A stretch of DNA of 64,000 nucleotides, taken from Octopus bimaculoides. Taxonomy: Eukaryota. The position numbers were made by a program, and so were the translations under genes. Below, in pieces: positions 1-12,944 of the stretch. The stretch lies in assembly GCF_001194135.2 (NCBI RefSeq), contig NC_068981.1, positions 184,226,507 to 184,290,506 of the forward strand, given 5' to 3'. How positions within the stretch are numbered: the first letter of the stretch is position 1; each line of letters opens with the position of its first letter. The notes below the pieces were generated by a model that made no database searches, was not told the DNA's origin, and saw only the letters and a list, made by a program, of their open reading frames with translations.

Positions 1-86
1 TCTTACTTGGCATGGGTTGACTGGGTCATCACAGTTGAAGTCATATTTTCCTTATTTGTGAATTTAATTTATTTTCTTTCAATTAG

Positions 87-191
87 GGAATTACCAGAAC
101 TTGCCAAACACTGTGTAATGAGAATACTTTTTGTGGAACAACCTGTACCTCAGGCTGTTGTAGCACATTGGGTGGCCAACAAGCACCATGA
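87..191 (+). CDS. GTF2H4: TFIIH p52 coding exon (first in window; [34 protein letters not shown])
   Basis: ttttctttcaattag acceptor, gtaagt donor at 192; matches recalled human p52 [30 protein letters not shown]. Starts in phase 2, so earlier exon(s) lie upstream of the window. Confidence 0.95.
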   Translation, partial: GITRTCQTLCNENTFCGTTCTSGCCSTLGGQQAP

Positions 192-324
192 GTAAGTATT
201 TTGATTGTTTTTAAACACTTTTCAGTTTCAAGTATAATGATTCTAGAATAATGTGTTAGACTACTGAGTTCAGCTTTATGAGTTCAAATTGCTTTGAGCA
301 TTATAATAATGAAATTACTGTGTA

Positions 325-905
325 CAGTGCTCAGGTGCACTCCAGCTTATCAAAGGTGCATGTATAGTACATACAATTAGGAAAATCAGCAGTGTATGAG
401 TCATCATATACGTGTGTGCATGTGTATGGAGGGGAGGGGATATCAGGTGTAGTGTTGGTGAATGTCAGGAAGCATGGAGGTTTTAAAGGATGCAATGTCT
501 CGGCAACTAACAACTGATGCAGGTAGTTTGTTCCATGCTTCAGCAACTCTGAGAGTGAAAAAATGTTTCCGAAAGTCATGGGTGCTGTGCTGTTTTCTGA
601 CTTTGTAGGCATGCCCATGTGTGTTAGACACATGGAGCTCACAGGTGCTCAAGGTGGTTCTTGGTACGATGGTTAATAATTTTGTGAGTGTTTACCAAGT
701 CAGTTGCCAGACGTCAGAGCTTCAGTGTATCTCTGCCCAGGGAAGCAAGGCGTTCAGTGTATGGTAGATGCCTGATGGAGGGTATTTGCTTGGTTGCACA
801 TCTCTGAACAGTTTCTAGGAGGTCAATGTCCTGAGCAAGATAGGGGTTCCAGATTGGTGAAGCAAATTCCAAATGTTGGAAACCTTCTGATAAACGCACA
901 TACAC
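325..905 (-). mobile_element. 5'-truncated CR1/L2-type LINE 3' fragment (degenerate RT C-terminus)
   Basis: minus ORFs give HLEFASPIWNPYLAQDIDLLETVQRCATK..LPYTERL and RKHFFTLRVAEAWNKLP..FK, typical post-RT motifs; frameshifted. Confidence 0.75.
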
Positions 906-1594
906 AGTCTCTTTCAAAGATACACACCTCCACTTAAAGACACACTCTTTTTCTCTCTGTCTTTCCTTTTCTCTGTTGAAAATCGATATATTCCCTCAAA
1001 AATACACACAAACTTACATACTGTCACTCCATCAGTTACAATGACAAGGGTTCCAGTTGATCTGATCAACGGAAGAGCCTGCTTGTGAAATTAATATGCA
1101 ATAAATTTGCCTCTCAGTGATGTATTTACATTAAGTATGACACACAGATGACTCCATATATGGTATGGTATGTCTGGAGTACCAGATCTGTGAACTGCAC
1201 TGAGTTCTTTGACTACCTATATGTCTTAGGTTTACTTGATCAGGGTTGATCTGGGGTTATGTTGCAACAAAAGTAATGTTTAAATGAGCCAACCAGGGGA
1301 CTTCTGTTTGTTTTCTTTATCTGCTAGAAATAACAAGCAAATCTCTCTCATATCACTCTTTGCTTATTAAAAAAAGGAAAGGAAACATTAAATTACATAG
1401 TTCTAAAATGCATTGTCCAAGTTCTAAGTTCAAATTCCACAGGTAAGTCACATTTGGAATACTTTTGATCATGTTTCTTTTTGATCAAGAGTGACCAAGG
1501 ATCAAACAACATCAATGTTTGAAAGCTTTAATTCTTTAGAATTGTTCTTGTCCAGCAGTTGTAATCATAAATATTCTTTCTTTTACTCAACCAG

Positions 1595-1726
1595 AGAACA
1601 GAAACAGGCAATGACTGCTGTGACAGATCTGAGAGTTTGGCACGAACAACCTCTTCCAGGTGGGATGATGGGGTTTATATTGAACCAGACATTCCGAATG
1701 AACATGAAGACAGCTTTGTTAGGAGG
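1595..1726 (+). CDS. GTF2H4: TFIIH p52 coding exon (EQKQAMTAVTDLRVWHEQPLPGGMMGFILNQTFRMNMKTALLG)
   Basis: AG at 1593-1594, gtaagt at 1727; phase 2/2; similar to [33 protein letters not shown]. Confidence 0.95.
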
Positions 1727-2435
1727 GTAAGTGTCTAGAATAATTAAGACAGTGATAACATTGTTTTAGCATCCACTTTTGTCAAAATTGCATGGGTTAG
1801 ATGGAATTCATTGAGACAGATTTTCTATGGCTGGATGCCCTTATTTCCAAACAATATAATATTTTCCTATGACAAGACCATTTTCACGAAAGATTGGCAA
1901 CTGTTAATATGACAATGACACTTCTTTACAAATATACAATGTCAAGACCAGGAGGTACAGACACATACACACACATTTATATATAAATACAATAGGCTTC
2001 TTTCAGTTTCTCTCTACCAAATCCACTCACAAGGCTGTGGTCGGCCTAGGGTTTTAGAAGACACCTGCCTGAAGTTCCACACAATGGAACTGATCCTGAA
2101 ATCATGTGATTGGGAAGTGAACTTCATAGCCACTCAGGTGCAGTGAACTTATGTATATCATCATCATCATCATCTTATATCCATTGCCGATGCTGGCATG
2201 GGTTGGACAGTTTGACCAGGGCTGGTAAATTGGAAGGCTACACCAGACTCCAGTCTGATTTGCCATGGTTTTCTAAAGCTAGATGCCCTTCCTAACACCA
2301 ACCACTCTGAGAGTGTAATGGGTGCTTTTATATTTATACACACACACACACACACACTTCATGAAATGAAGTAACTTACTCAAGGATGCATGTGCAAACA
2401 TAACTTTATATGTTGTACTTTATTATACATTTTAG

Positions 2436-2529
2436 TGGTCAACCATGGACAGGTGGAGGTTCCCTTCCACCAGATAAGCACGTCAAAGATATTGCTTTTT
2501 TGGACAACTACGCTCAAGACAGGTGGGAA
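2436..2529 (+). CDS. GTF2H4: TFIIH p52 coding exon (GQPWTGGGSLPPDKHVKDIAFLDNYAQDRWE)
   Basis: AG 2434-2435, gtaagt 2530; phase 2/0; similar to [32 protein letters not shown]. Confidence 0.95.
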
Positions 2530-2570
2530 GTAAGTAGTATTGTTTTTAATATTATTATTAGACAGAAATC

Positions 2571-3860
2571 TAAGGCAGTGAGTTGGCAGAATTGTTAGCA
2601 CAGTGGGCGAAATGCTTAGCGGTATTTCTTTTGTCGCTATGTTCTGAGTTCAAATCCCACCAAAGTCGACTTTGCCTTTCATCCTTTCAGGGTCGATAAA
2701 TTAAGTACCAGCGAAATACTGGGATCAAAATACTCGACTAATCCATTCACCCAAAATTTCATGCATTGAGCCTTTAGTAAAATGGATTATTAGACAGAAA
2801 TCTAACATAGTTGTTAGCACGCTGGATAAAATGCTTAGTGGCATTTCTTCTGGCTCAACATTCTGGGTTCAAATTCTGCCGAGGTGGACTCAGCCTTTCT
2901 TCCTTTTGAGCTTAATAATATAAATACCAGTTGAGCACAGGGGTTCAGTGTAATTGCTTAGCTCTCTCTCCCACAAAATTTCAGGTTTTGTGCCTGTTGT
3001 AGAAAGAGAAATATTTTTTATTATTGAGGTGATGAGTTGGCTGGATCATTTGCTCATTGGACAAATTGCTTAGTGGCATTTTTCTGGTTTCCTTTATGTT
3101 CTGAGTTCAAATTCAACCAAGGTCGTCCTTAGCCTTTCATTCTCACGGGGTCACTAAAATTAGTACCAATTACGCACTGGGGTTGATGTAATTGACTTGC
3201 CTTCTCTCCCGAAATTCCAGGCCTTGTGCCTACACTAGAAAGAATTATTTAAGGCAGTGAGCTTGTAGAATCGTTAGCACACTGGGCAAAATGCTTGGTG
3301 GTATTTCGTCTGTCTGCATGTTCTGGGTTCAAATTCTGATGAGGTTGACTTTTTGCTTTTCATTATTTTGGGGGTCAATAAATTAAGTACCAGTTAAGCA
3401 GGGGGTGGTGGTGGTGATATAATTGACTAGCATCCTCCTCCAAAATTCCTGGCCTTGTGCTAGATTTAAAGCCAATATTATTATTGTTATTATTATTATT
3501 ATTATTGTTCAGGATGATGGATTGACAGAATCATTAGAGTGGACAAAATGCTCTGCAATATTTGTTCCAACTCTCTATGTTCTGAGTTCAAATCCCATCA
3601 AGGTTGTCTTTGTTTTCATCCTTCCTAGGTTATTTAAATAAAGTACCAGTCAAGTACTGAAGTCAGTGTAATCAAATAACCAACCTCTCTCCTCTGAATT
3701 TCTGGTCTTCTGACTGTGTAAGAAATCGTTGTTGTTGTTGTTGTTAGGACCATGGCTTGACAGAATTATTAAATTGTTTTACTAAAAAAAGAATTCTTGC
3801 TATATTTAGTTATGGACTTTTACATTCTGATTCAAATGCTATTGAGGAGCTTTTGAATTA
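2571..3860 (+). mobile_element. head-to-tail cluster of 5-6 diverged tRNA-derived SINE copies (family starting aaggcggcgagctggcagaatcgttagc)
   Basis: units begin ~2571, 2805, 3025, 3251, 3510 and (very decayed) 3750, each with a B-box-like gagttcaaattc. Dispersed copies at ~12655, 25780, 31060, 33800, 44170, 46745, 53540, 60650. Confidence 0.7.
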
Positions 3861-3898
3861 CTCTATATTAACGTATCTTTTGAATTTTGATTTTACAG

Positions 3899-3984
3899 TG
3901 TGTTCTTCATTTTATGGTTGGTTCATCGGACTGTGTCAGCAGAGATATAAAGTGGGTCTTACTACACGCAGGTCTCATGAAGGC
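3899..3984 (+). CDS. GTF2H4: TFIIH p52 coding exon ([28 protein letters not shown])
   Basis: ttttacag acceptor, gtaagt at 3985; phase 0/2; similar to [29 protein letters not shown]. Different frame from the listed ORF 3757-4326. Confidence 0.95.
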
Positions 3985-5913
3985 GTAAGTCTTTCTGTAT
4001 TTTCATTCCTCAGTTGTTTCTTTTTGTCAGTTGCTTTCTTACAAATTTCAGCTCTAAAAGACGATAAAGATGTAACTGAAAGAGGAAGACAGGAGCTAAA
4101 TGGGCTGAGGGTTCAAATGTTGTTGCAGCTAGTGTGTTATACTTATTGTCCTGCCTTTTTTTTCTGTTTCTTCCTTGTTCCTATCAATGACTTCTCTCCA
4201 CTGTTCTCAGCTCTGGGTTGTTTTTTTCTGTTTCCCTCCTGCTTTTTCAGCTCTACCTCAGTATCCTGCTTCCAGCTATTCTTAGAGTGTCTTCTCATCC
4301 ATATCCCTTGTGGATGTTTTCCTTAAGGAAGACGTCCCCTCTCAAGTCTTGTGCAATTTTCAATTGCCATTGATGCTTCTGCAACTTTGCTGTTTTCTAG
4401 GTAGGAGTGTTGGCCCTATGCAAACCCATTTTTATCTCTGGGAAAAAGTGGTCCATAGTAGTCTGACCTCTATCTTTTGACCTGTCCAGTATGGGAGACC
4501 CTACTAGAAGCTTGCACTCTACTGACATAGGTCCAGGTCATAAAGACACACAAGCCACTAAAACAAGGGTTGGTCTTGTGGTGACTGTTCCTACCGTGAT
4601 TTGGAAGAAACGTTTGTGGTACAGTTAAAATTGGATAATTTTTGTTGTATTGGACAAAAAACACTTTGCAGTATTTATACCCAAGCTGATGCCATCTGTG
4701 CTGGTGCCATATACAACCCATGCTGATGCCATATAAAAAGCACTTGTGTTGGTGCCATATATAAAGCATTAGTGCTGGTGCCACGTAAAAAGCACCCAGT
4801 ACACTCTTTCAAGTGGTTGACATTGGGAAGGGCATCCGGCCATAGAAACCTTGCAAAAACAGACAACCGGAGCTTGGTTCAGCTCTCTGGCTTGCCAGCT
4901 CCTGTCAAACTGTCCAACCCATGCCAGCATCGAAAGTGAACATTAAATGATGATTCCAGAACCTTGCGTTCAGAGTTTAAATCCTACTAAAATTAATATT
5001 GCCTGTCATCCTTCTGGGGTCAATAAATAAGTACCAATCAAGGGGTTGAGGACTGGCAAAAATGTTAGAGCATCAGAAGAGATGTCTTATAGTATTTGCT
5101 TCATTTCTTTGCGTTCTGAGTTCAAATCCTGCTGTGGTCTACTTGTGTAGTAGACCTAATCCATGTCCTTGTTTAACACTGCCAACTGGTCCTTGAGTGC
5201 TTTTAGTTGAGTCTCTGTCACAAGCAATTGGTCCTGGTTACTGATTTGAGGATATCTTCTTCCTCCTCTCCTTTGTGTCTGTAAAGGAGCTTCGTAAAGG
5301 TCCATGACTGTTGCTCTTCCTTCCTTAAAGGATGACATGACAAAAAAAAAAAACATCTTGTAATTGGATGATTTTAATTATATTGTGGAATGCAATGTCA
5401 TACTCTGCCTTCTGAAAGAAATCTCTGAGGAAGGAATGGTTCTTAGACATTACAGAGGCCCACCAGGCTCTGATGTCATGTGAACCTAAAGGTTCTACCT
5501 AAAGGTTCTACCTAAAGGTTAAATAGGTTCTGTGTCTCAAAGGTAAGCTTGAGAGAGCAAGAGACTGGGAGAATATATTATAAATAAATTATCAGGAGGC
5601 AACAGAAAAATTTCTGCTGTATCTTTCTCAAGAAAAAAAATCATCAATTTTCAGACTTTGTCTCTGATCACCAACACCTGTAGGCATAACATAAAAAACG
5701 GGAGAGAGAGAGAGAAATGTAAACATTAATTAAGAAAATATAAACCAATGTCTATGGAAATAGCAATAAATGTACAGTCTGAGACACATGAATTCATTCT
5801 TGTGTTTATGTATTAGATGTATAATGTTTGTATTTTACTATTATTTATTATATTCATTGATATAAAAACTAGACATTAGTCCCCTTTTATATGTAAAATG
5901 TACTTTATTTCAG

Positions 5914-6025
5914 TGAGTCAGAAGATCAAGCTCCAGTGATTACACCAAATGGTTTCCAATTTCTACTGATGGACACATCTTCTCAAGTCTGGTTCTTCAT
6001 GTTACAATACCTCAATACACTAGCA
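5914..6025 (+). CDS. GTF2H4: TFIIH p52 coding exon (ESEDQAPVITPNGFQFLLMDTSSQVWFFMLQYLNTLA)
   Basis: tttatttcag acceptor, gtgagt at 6026; phase 2/0; similar to [29 protein letters not shown]. Confidence 0.95.
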
Positions 6026-6134
6026 GTGAGTTGACATTATAACTGAGCTTTAATTTTTACTCTTTATTGCATTCTGTATCTTAACCAAGTTTTCTATCTT
6101 TGTTTCTCCTAAATCTATACTGTAGTCAACTTAA

Positions 6135-6356
6135 CCCTTTAGTGTTCAGTTTACTCTGTGTTAAGTGTAATACTTTTTCACTCAAATTGCTTTGAATTAA
6201 TCATGCATTACCTTATAGCTTTGAGGTTTCAATGATGTGATTGTTTATTTTTAGAATGTCAATGTAGGTTAGGTGTGAGAGGCTAGATATCGCCAGTTTG
6301 AATATAAAACATGTAGAATATCTGGGCCAGATATGGCCGGTTTAAACACTAATGGG
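6135..6356. mobile_element. piggyBac-type MITE (TTAA-CCC...GGG-TTAA)
   Basis: TTAA at 6131-34 and 6357-60, short TIRs; related copies or fragments near 14900-15390, 17900-18076, 25060-25230, 32420-32590, 34322-34782 (two adjacent) and 41010-41500. Confidence 0.7.
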
Positions 6357-6875
6357 TTAATACACTTCAGCCTAACATAATGTCCAGTTTAATATCACCA
6401 TCTTCCCTTTGGTTGCCTATAATGGAATTCATACTGTTGCAAGAACTTTAACAGACTCTCAATTCTCACTCAGTCCCTGTTTTTCTTGCAGATAGTCATG
6501 TTGGGCATTATTAACCATATTAGTCTCACTGGTCTTAGATTCTGCTTCTCTTTTTGACTAACTTTTTAAAGAAAATGTTTTTAAATATAATCTGTTAGAA
6601 CTTTACATTATCCAGTCTGTGCCATTTATTTGGAATCATTTGTATAAAACTTATTATTCTTGTTATACACATCTTGCTATAAAATGTTCACCCATCAAAA
6701 CTATTATTGTTACAATCTTGATATATAATATATATAAATGGAACTGGTTTTTGAACACATATTTCATCCCAATATTTACATGCATTTATTTGTAGCATTT
6801 ATGTGCTTTGAGAACCGGTTCCAAAAAAAAGAATTATTTTATGTTCTTTTGAAAGTTTATAAATCCTTAAGACAT

Positions 6876-6928
<53 letters not shown>

Positions 6929-7129
6929 TGGGCTGTGGAAGCATGCAAAAGTGGATGTTAAAACAATCATGATATGTATGTTTACACATGGGAGCTCATA
7001 GGTGCAAAATAAGGTGAGGAAAATAGTACTCGAATACCAAAGGTAGAGCAGAATAGTATTTTCTTGAAGCTGAAAAGACTTCACCTCATGTCTATACTTA
7101 TTAATGCTATATCTTCTGTTTTTTTGTAG

Positions 7130-7198
7130 ACACGGGGCATGGATTTAGTTGAATCTTTGTCCTTCCTTTTCCAGCTGAGTTTTTCAATATTTGGAAAG
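7130..7198 (+). CDS. GTF2H4: TFIIH p52 coding exon ([23 protein letters not shown])
   Basis: tttttgtag acceptor, gtaatc donor; phase 0/0; near-identical to [23 protein letters not shown]. Confidence 0.95.
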
Positions 7199-8406
7199 GT
7201 AATCCTTATTTCAATATCATTATGTTTACATCCATTTTCTGTGTTAACATGGTTGGATTGTTTTGCTTTTTTCATCCTTTTTTCAATTCTGAATATGTGA
7301 TTTTGTTAGAGCAATTAGCTTACAGCCACTTCAATTCTTTGATTCTTTATAGCTAATCTCTTGATCTGGAAGTTAAAGTTGCATTAGTTGTGAGATTATG
7401 AATGAAGCAGAATGAATCAAGCAATGTTCTGTTCACAATGAAGGAGTATAATAAACGTACTGACTTTAGTAAGATTTGAACTACTGACAACGTGATCAGT
7501 ATTTGAGCATTTTTACCCTCACTGCCGTGTTTCTTTGGGTATTTCAGTAACTGTTGTCGATAACAGACAGTAGACAACACTTGCTAAAACTATAATAATG
7601 TGGATATTTTTTGTGTCAAATGTTAATACTATCTTCATGTAATAATAGTCCTTGCAATTACAGCTGTTTTTTACTTGATGTTATAACAATTCCTATAACA
7701 GTATTTGAACTCACAACCATACAGCTTGTAGTTAGTGTTTACAATCATGTAGCTTGCATACCAATGTTTACAACCATGTAGCTCATTACCAGTGTTTACC
7801 ACCATGTAGTCTATGACCAATGTCTGCAATCCTGTATCCTATAGCAATGCCTACATGACAACATCACTAATGCTGGTGCATCATCATCATCTTCATTTAA
7901 CATCTGCTTTTGACTGAAAACCGGTAAGCTGAGGAGCAGCACCAGGTTCCAATCTGATTTGGCATGGTTTCTACAGCTGGATACCCTTCCTAATGCTAAC
8001 TACTCCAAGAGTGTAGTGGGTGCTTTTTACATGCCAGTGGCATGGGTGGTGGTGCCGGTTACGAAATCCCAGCATTGACCACAACTACGATCTCACTTGG
8101 CTTGACGGGTCTTCTCAAGCACGGTATCTTGTCACTGCCTCCATGAGGCCCAAAGTTAGAAGAGTGCTTTTTACAAGTCTTCTGTCTTGTTGGATCTTGT
8201 AGATCTTGTAGAACTGTCCAACCTGTACCAGCATGGAAGACAGACTTTAAATAATGATGATGATGGTGATGATATATATATATATATATGTGTGCGTGTG
8301 TGTAAGAAAATTGCTTTAGACTTTTTTATTTCTTGAGATTTTGCTGAACTCAATAAATTAAAAGAATAGATCAGTTTTGTAAACTGGACTGCTGTTATTT
8401 TTCTAG

Positions 8407-8490
8407 GACTACACAACAGAAGGAATGTCTGAAGCCCAGCTTCGCCTCTTACAACATTTACGGGAGTTTGGTTTAGTTTATCAAAGAAAG
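8407..8490 (+). CDS. GTF2H4: TFIIH p52 coding exon ([28 protein letters not shown])
   Basis: ttttctag acceptor, gtgagt donor; phase 0/0; matches [28 protein letters not shown]. Confidence 0.95.
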
Positions 8491-8766
8491 GTGAGTAATT
8501 TATGCAATCTTATGTTTCAACGTTTTCTTTTTATATATTTATTTTCCATTGACTCAGATTAGACAGCTTTTAAGCCCAATTGTGCGTTTTATGTTTAGTT
8601 ATATTCTTGCTTTTAATTCGACCACTTCATTGTGACTCTGCTGAACCATTGAATACTTATGTAATATCTCTCTATTTTAAAAAAAATCTTTTTACTCTCA
8701 ACAAACATTGGACATATTTTTAGCCTATTTTACTAATTGTGGTTTTCTGTTCTACTTTTGTTTCAG

Positions 8767-8899
8767 AGAAAATCTCAGAGATATTATCCAACAAAACTTG
8801 CTATTAATCTGGCTGCAGGATTATCTCAGGTTTCTGATAATGCAATCAGACAAGGTTTTATTGTAGTAGAAACAAATTATCGGGTCTATGCTTACACAG
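8767..8899 (+). CDS. GTF2H4: TFIIH p52 coding exon ([44 protein letters not shown])
   Basis: ttttgtttcag acceptor, gtgagt at 8900; phase 0/1; contains the hallmark RYYPT.LA and [14 protein letters not shown] motifs. Confidence 0.97.
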
Positions 8900-10301
8900 G
8901 TGAGTTACTTTGACTAGTCATTCAGATGAGAAAGTAATGAATGTGGTGGACGGACAGTAGATGGAAACTTAATGGGAACTCATAAGGGGTAGACCCAATT
9001 GTCGGTATTATATAACCCAACTTCTATCACCATTGTTTTAATGTCTGTTTTGCTATGCTTGCATAAGTGTGATGATCATATCACTGTTATTTGTTCTTGA
9101 TTTAGTCTGCAAGAGGGTTTCATAAAAGCAATCCTTTTGTTCGTCTGTCATCCTTGATTGTAGTGCATGTGTGGAGATAAATGTTGCTGACATATTGTCT
9201 AAAACTAACCTACACTTAATTATCACACGCTCTGACTACCTCAGTTCCTTTACCCATTTCTCTACCAACAGTATGTCTGCACTTTCTAGTCCGTTTGCTA
9301 CTCATCCAGAAGAATTTGTACCTGTGTTTGTTAACCAAGAAGAGTTTGGTTGGAGCTTCCCATCTATCTTTCCTCCTTCAAACTCCACACTTCTACTTGC
9401 TTCTACTCCAGTATTTCTCAGCCGGGGTTCCCTGGCAATCAATATATTATTTAGCTGCATATGGATGTGTGTAGATTCATTTTTGATAACATGCTCATGT
9501 ATTATTAAAAAAAAAACCCTGCATGTATAATACATAACATGAAGAATTCTGGAAGGAGCTTCATGAGACCACTGCAGAGATGCTTCCAGAAAAAAAAAAT
9601 TCAGTAACCGTTGGAAAACCGATTATAGCAGTGACTCGATCAATTCCTAGAGATATCTGAAGAGGGAATTTTTATATTCCGAAATATTATTATATCAGAC
9701 TATGGATAATTAAATTATAACAGTTATTATAGTCCACTCTGCATTGTTGTGCCATTCAAGATATGTTATATTTTAAATAAATAAACATCAACATTTGACA
9801 GAGTTATCTGAATGCCACAGGAAACCCATCAAACCCATGCCAGCATGGAAACGCCTTCATAAAATGCTTTTGAAATAATTTCTAGAAATTAGTGGTGAGG
9901 AACGAAGTTCTTGATATGTTACCTGCCAATTCATCATTTAACATCTGTTTTCCATGCTGGCATGGGTCAGATGGCTTGACAGGAGCTGGCATGGTCTGGG
10001 CCCACACCAGGTTCCATAGTCTGTTTTGGTATGATTTCTACAGCTGGATGCCCTTCCTGATGCCAACCACTTAACAAAGTGTACTGAGTGCTTTTTTATG
10101 TGGCACCAACACCATGGTTTTTTGCATGGCACCTCGGTTTTTGGATATCAGTTCTGTTGCGGTGGGCAGGCCTTCTTGAGTACAGCAATGTGTTACATAT
10201 CTCGATCCTCAGTCGTTTCCTTTGTATAGTTCAGTGTTTTGAGAGCAGCCTTCAATGCTTCATCCCATTCAGTATTTATATGAAATCCTCTTCTTTTCCA
10301 G

Positions 10302-10353
10302 ACTCACAACTCCAGATTGCTTTATTAGCTTTATTCACAGAAATGATTTACCG
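10302..10353 (+). CDS. GTF2H4: TFIIH p52 coding exon (DSQLQIALLALFTEMIYR)
   Basis: cttcttttccag acceptor, gtaaga donor; phase 1/2; matches ESELQIALIALFSEMLYR. Confidence 0.95.
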
Positions 10354-10740
10354 GTAAGATAGATACTGAGCCCTTGTTCTTTGTTTCATATTTAACGCTT
10401 TTGTTACCATATTTCTGTTGAAATTCCTGGCCTTTGTTTCAATTGAATTTTGAAAATGATAAAGAATTCAGTAAAATAATTTTGCCATTATTAAACTGGT
10501 GTTTGGAATACAAATTAACATGAAATTTTGATGAGAAATTTTAAATCACTTTAACACAAGTTTGTATCATATAACCAGTGGTGGTCTCAGGAAGGTTGGT
10601 ATTAAAAGGGTTAAGTCAGGGAACTCTCTGCTCTTTATTTGGGTCTTATTATATTTCTTGTTAAGCTTGTTGATGTTTGGCCTCATGTCAGCCCTGACCC
10701 TGCAGGCTATAAATCAAAGGTTTTCTACCCAGGACCATGT

Positions 10741-11110
10741 GGACACGCAATGGCCCAGTGGTTAGGGCAGGGGACTCATGGTTTCGATTCCCAGACCGGG
10801 CGTTGCGAGTGTTTATTGAGCAAAAATCACCTAAAGCGCCATGAGGCTCCGGCAGGGGATGGTGGCGAACCCTGCTGTACTCTTTCACTACAACTTTCTC
10901 TCACTTTTTCTTCATGTTTCTGTCATACTTGTATTTCAAAGCACCAGCCTTGTCACACTCTGTGTCGCGCTGAATCTCCCTAAGAACTACGTTAAGGGTA
11001 CATGTGTCTGTGGAGTGCTCAGCCACTTACATGTTAATTTCATGAGCAGGCTGTTCCATTGATCGGATCAACTGGAACCCTGGTTGTTGTAACCGACGGA
11101 GTGCCACAAC
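10741..11110 (+). mobile_element. tRNA-derived SINE with clear Pol III A/B boxes
   Basis: A box TGGCCCAGTGG 10751-61, B box GGTTTCGATTCCC 10780-92; body shared with ~44545-44870 and ~1030-1100 (-). Confidence 0.7.
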
Positions 11111-11347
11111 CCAGGACCATATTTTTCAATATTTCTTTCTATTATTTGCACAAGGCCTGAAATTCCGGTGGGCAGTGAGGGGGGGGTGGCTAGTTGATAA
11201 CATTGAACCCAGTACTCAACTGGTATTTATTTTATCAACCCAGAAAGGATGAAAAGGGGTGTAAAATATTAAAGATGATGATGATGGGGATAACAATGAC
11301 CATGATGTATAAATTTGTATAATTTTATTCTCTCTTTTTTTGTACAG

Positions 11348-11426
11348 GTTTCCAAATATGGTTGTGGGTCAAATTACCAGAGACAGTGTTCGATCAGCGT
11401 TAAGCTGTGGTATAAGTGCTGATCAG
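11348..11426 (+). CDS. GTF2H4: TFIIH p52 coding exon ([26 protein letters not shown])
   Basis: tttttgtacag acceptor, gtcaga donor; phase 2/0; matches [26 protein letters not shown]. Confidence 0.95.
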
Positions 11427-12229
11427 GTCAGATAAACTATTTCTTAGCCTCTCTTTTTGATAGAGTTGTTGTTGGGATTATCATGGAATGATGCTTATTT
11501 CTTGACTGTTTGACCTGAGACTGTGACCTTTGACCTTCTTTTAATTCAAATTCAGCCTGTAACTTTAGCTCCAGAATAATCTTCTGATCAAACAGAGCAA
11601 TAGTCAAAACATTTCAGCTATGAGTGACCATCATGTCTTTATTCAGACATAGTATATCTTGGACTACATTATCCAATGTGTTCTTTATCTTATTATGATA
11701 TGATGAGTTCTGTTATTACTAAAATCAGCTTTGCTTTTCATTCAACCAGGGATGATAAATACCAGTAATATATTGTGGAATTTTTACATTTGATAGTGAC
11801 CTTCTCCAATAAAGTGTTGGTTAGTTTGAAATCAATCATTATTTCAATATTTATTATTAATTTTTGTTGTATAATGGTGGAGCCAGCCTCATCTATTTTG
11901 GTGCTTTGTTTTTATTTTATTTTTATATATTGCAATGTGTAAATAATAACATTGTTGGTTACAGGCTTCCAATGGGATAATTACTGGGTCACTACATTTC
12001 TTATGGTAAGAGTGACAAGAGAGTGTCTGCAATTTAATGCAATGGACTTTGTTTTCAAAGCATCAGTTTTAGGCTTTCCTTTCTTTGTTGATGTTTATGT
12101 CTTGCACCTATGTAAATCACACACATAAGTATATATTTAAAGACTTTTTCAATTCCCGTGCACTATTTTAATATATCTGTTTGTTTTCTACACCACCTGT
12201 CTTCGTCTGTTGTTTTTTTTGTGAATTCT

Positions 12230-12283
<54 letters not shown>

Positions 12284-12896
12284 CATTGTTGGCTCTTTTA
12301 ATGGTTGCTTCTCTATGGTTGCAATATGAGTCAGATAGAAGTACATTGGAGCCAGAGTTTTCTACTCTTCCTGTCAGCAACCCTCACTTGTAATAATCTC
12401 TCAGCATATCAAGCAACAAATAGCTTTGGACAGCTTTTACAAAGACCACATAACATGTCAAGAGGCCAGGAGATTAGCAACTTATGTTGCTATAAGAGAC
12501 TGATGCCACAGGCTTCACCTTTCAAAGGTTTTCCTTTTTAAGGTGCTTACTTTGTAAATATAGGAATGATTTTTTTAGAAAAAATTATATTTTATTATTT
12601 GCTCTGATTATATCCTCCCTACTCCCATTATTATACCTATGTCTAAAGTGGTAAAGGTGCCAGAGTTGTCAGCACATTGGGCAAAATGCTTAGCAGCATT
12701 TCATCTGTCTATGTTCAGAGTTCAAATTCTGCCAAAGTTGACTTTGCCTTTCATACTTTCAGAGGTCAATAAAATAAGTACCAGTTGAGCACTGGGGTTG
12801 ATGTAATCAACTTACCACCTCCCCCCAAAATTGCTGGCCTTGTGCCACAATTTGAAACCATTATTATGTCTATATCTCATCTGTTTTATTCCACAG

Positions 12897-12944
12897 ATAA
12901 TCCACTTCTTAAAGAGCCATGCACATGAGAAAATGCTAGAAAAG
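12897..12944 (+). CDS. GTF2H4: TFIIH p52 coding exon (IIHFLKSHAHEKMLEK)
   Basis: ttttattccacag acceptor, gtaaac donor; phase 0/0; matches IIHFLRTRAHPVMLKQ. Confidence 0.93.

Noticed and set aside
3757-4326. 189-aa ORF, the longest gap-free ORF in the track
   Set aside because: Low-complexity F/L/S-rich translation of intron and SINE sequence; the real exon (3899-3984) is in another frame.
5482-5520. 13-bp unit acctaaaggttct repeated three times
   Set aside because: Short local slippage duplication with no functional context.
10741-10800. tRNA gene (A and B boxes); also other SINE heads
   Set aside because: No complete cloverleaf (anticodon arm missing) and followed by a repeated SINE body.
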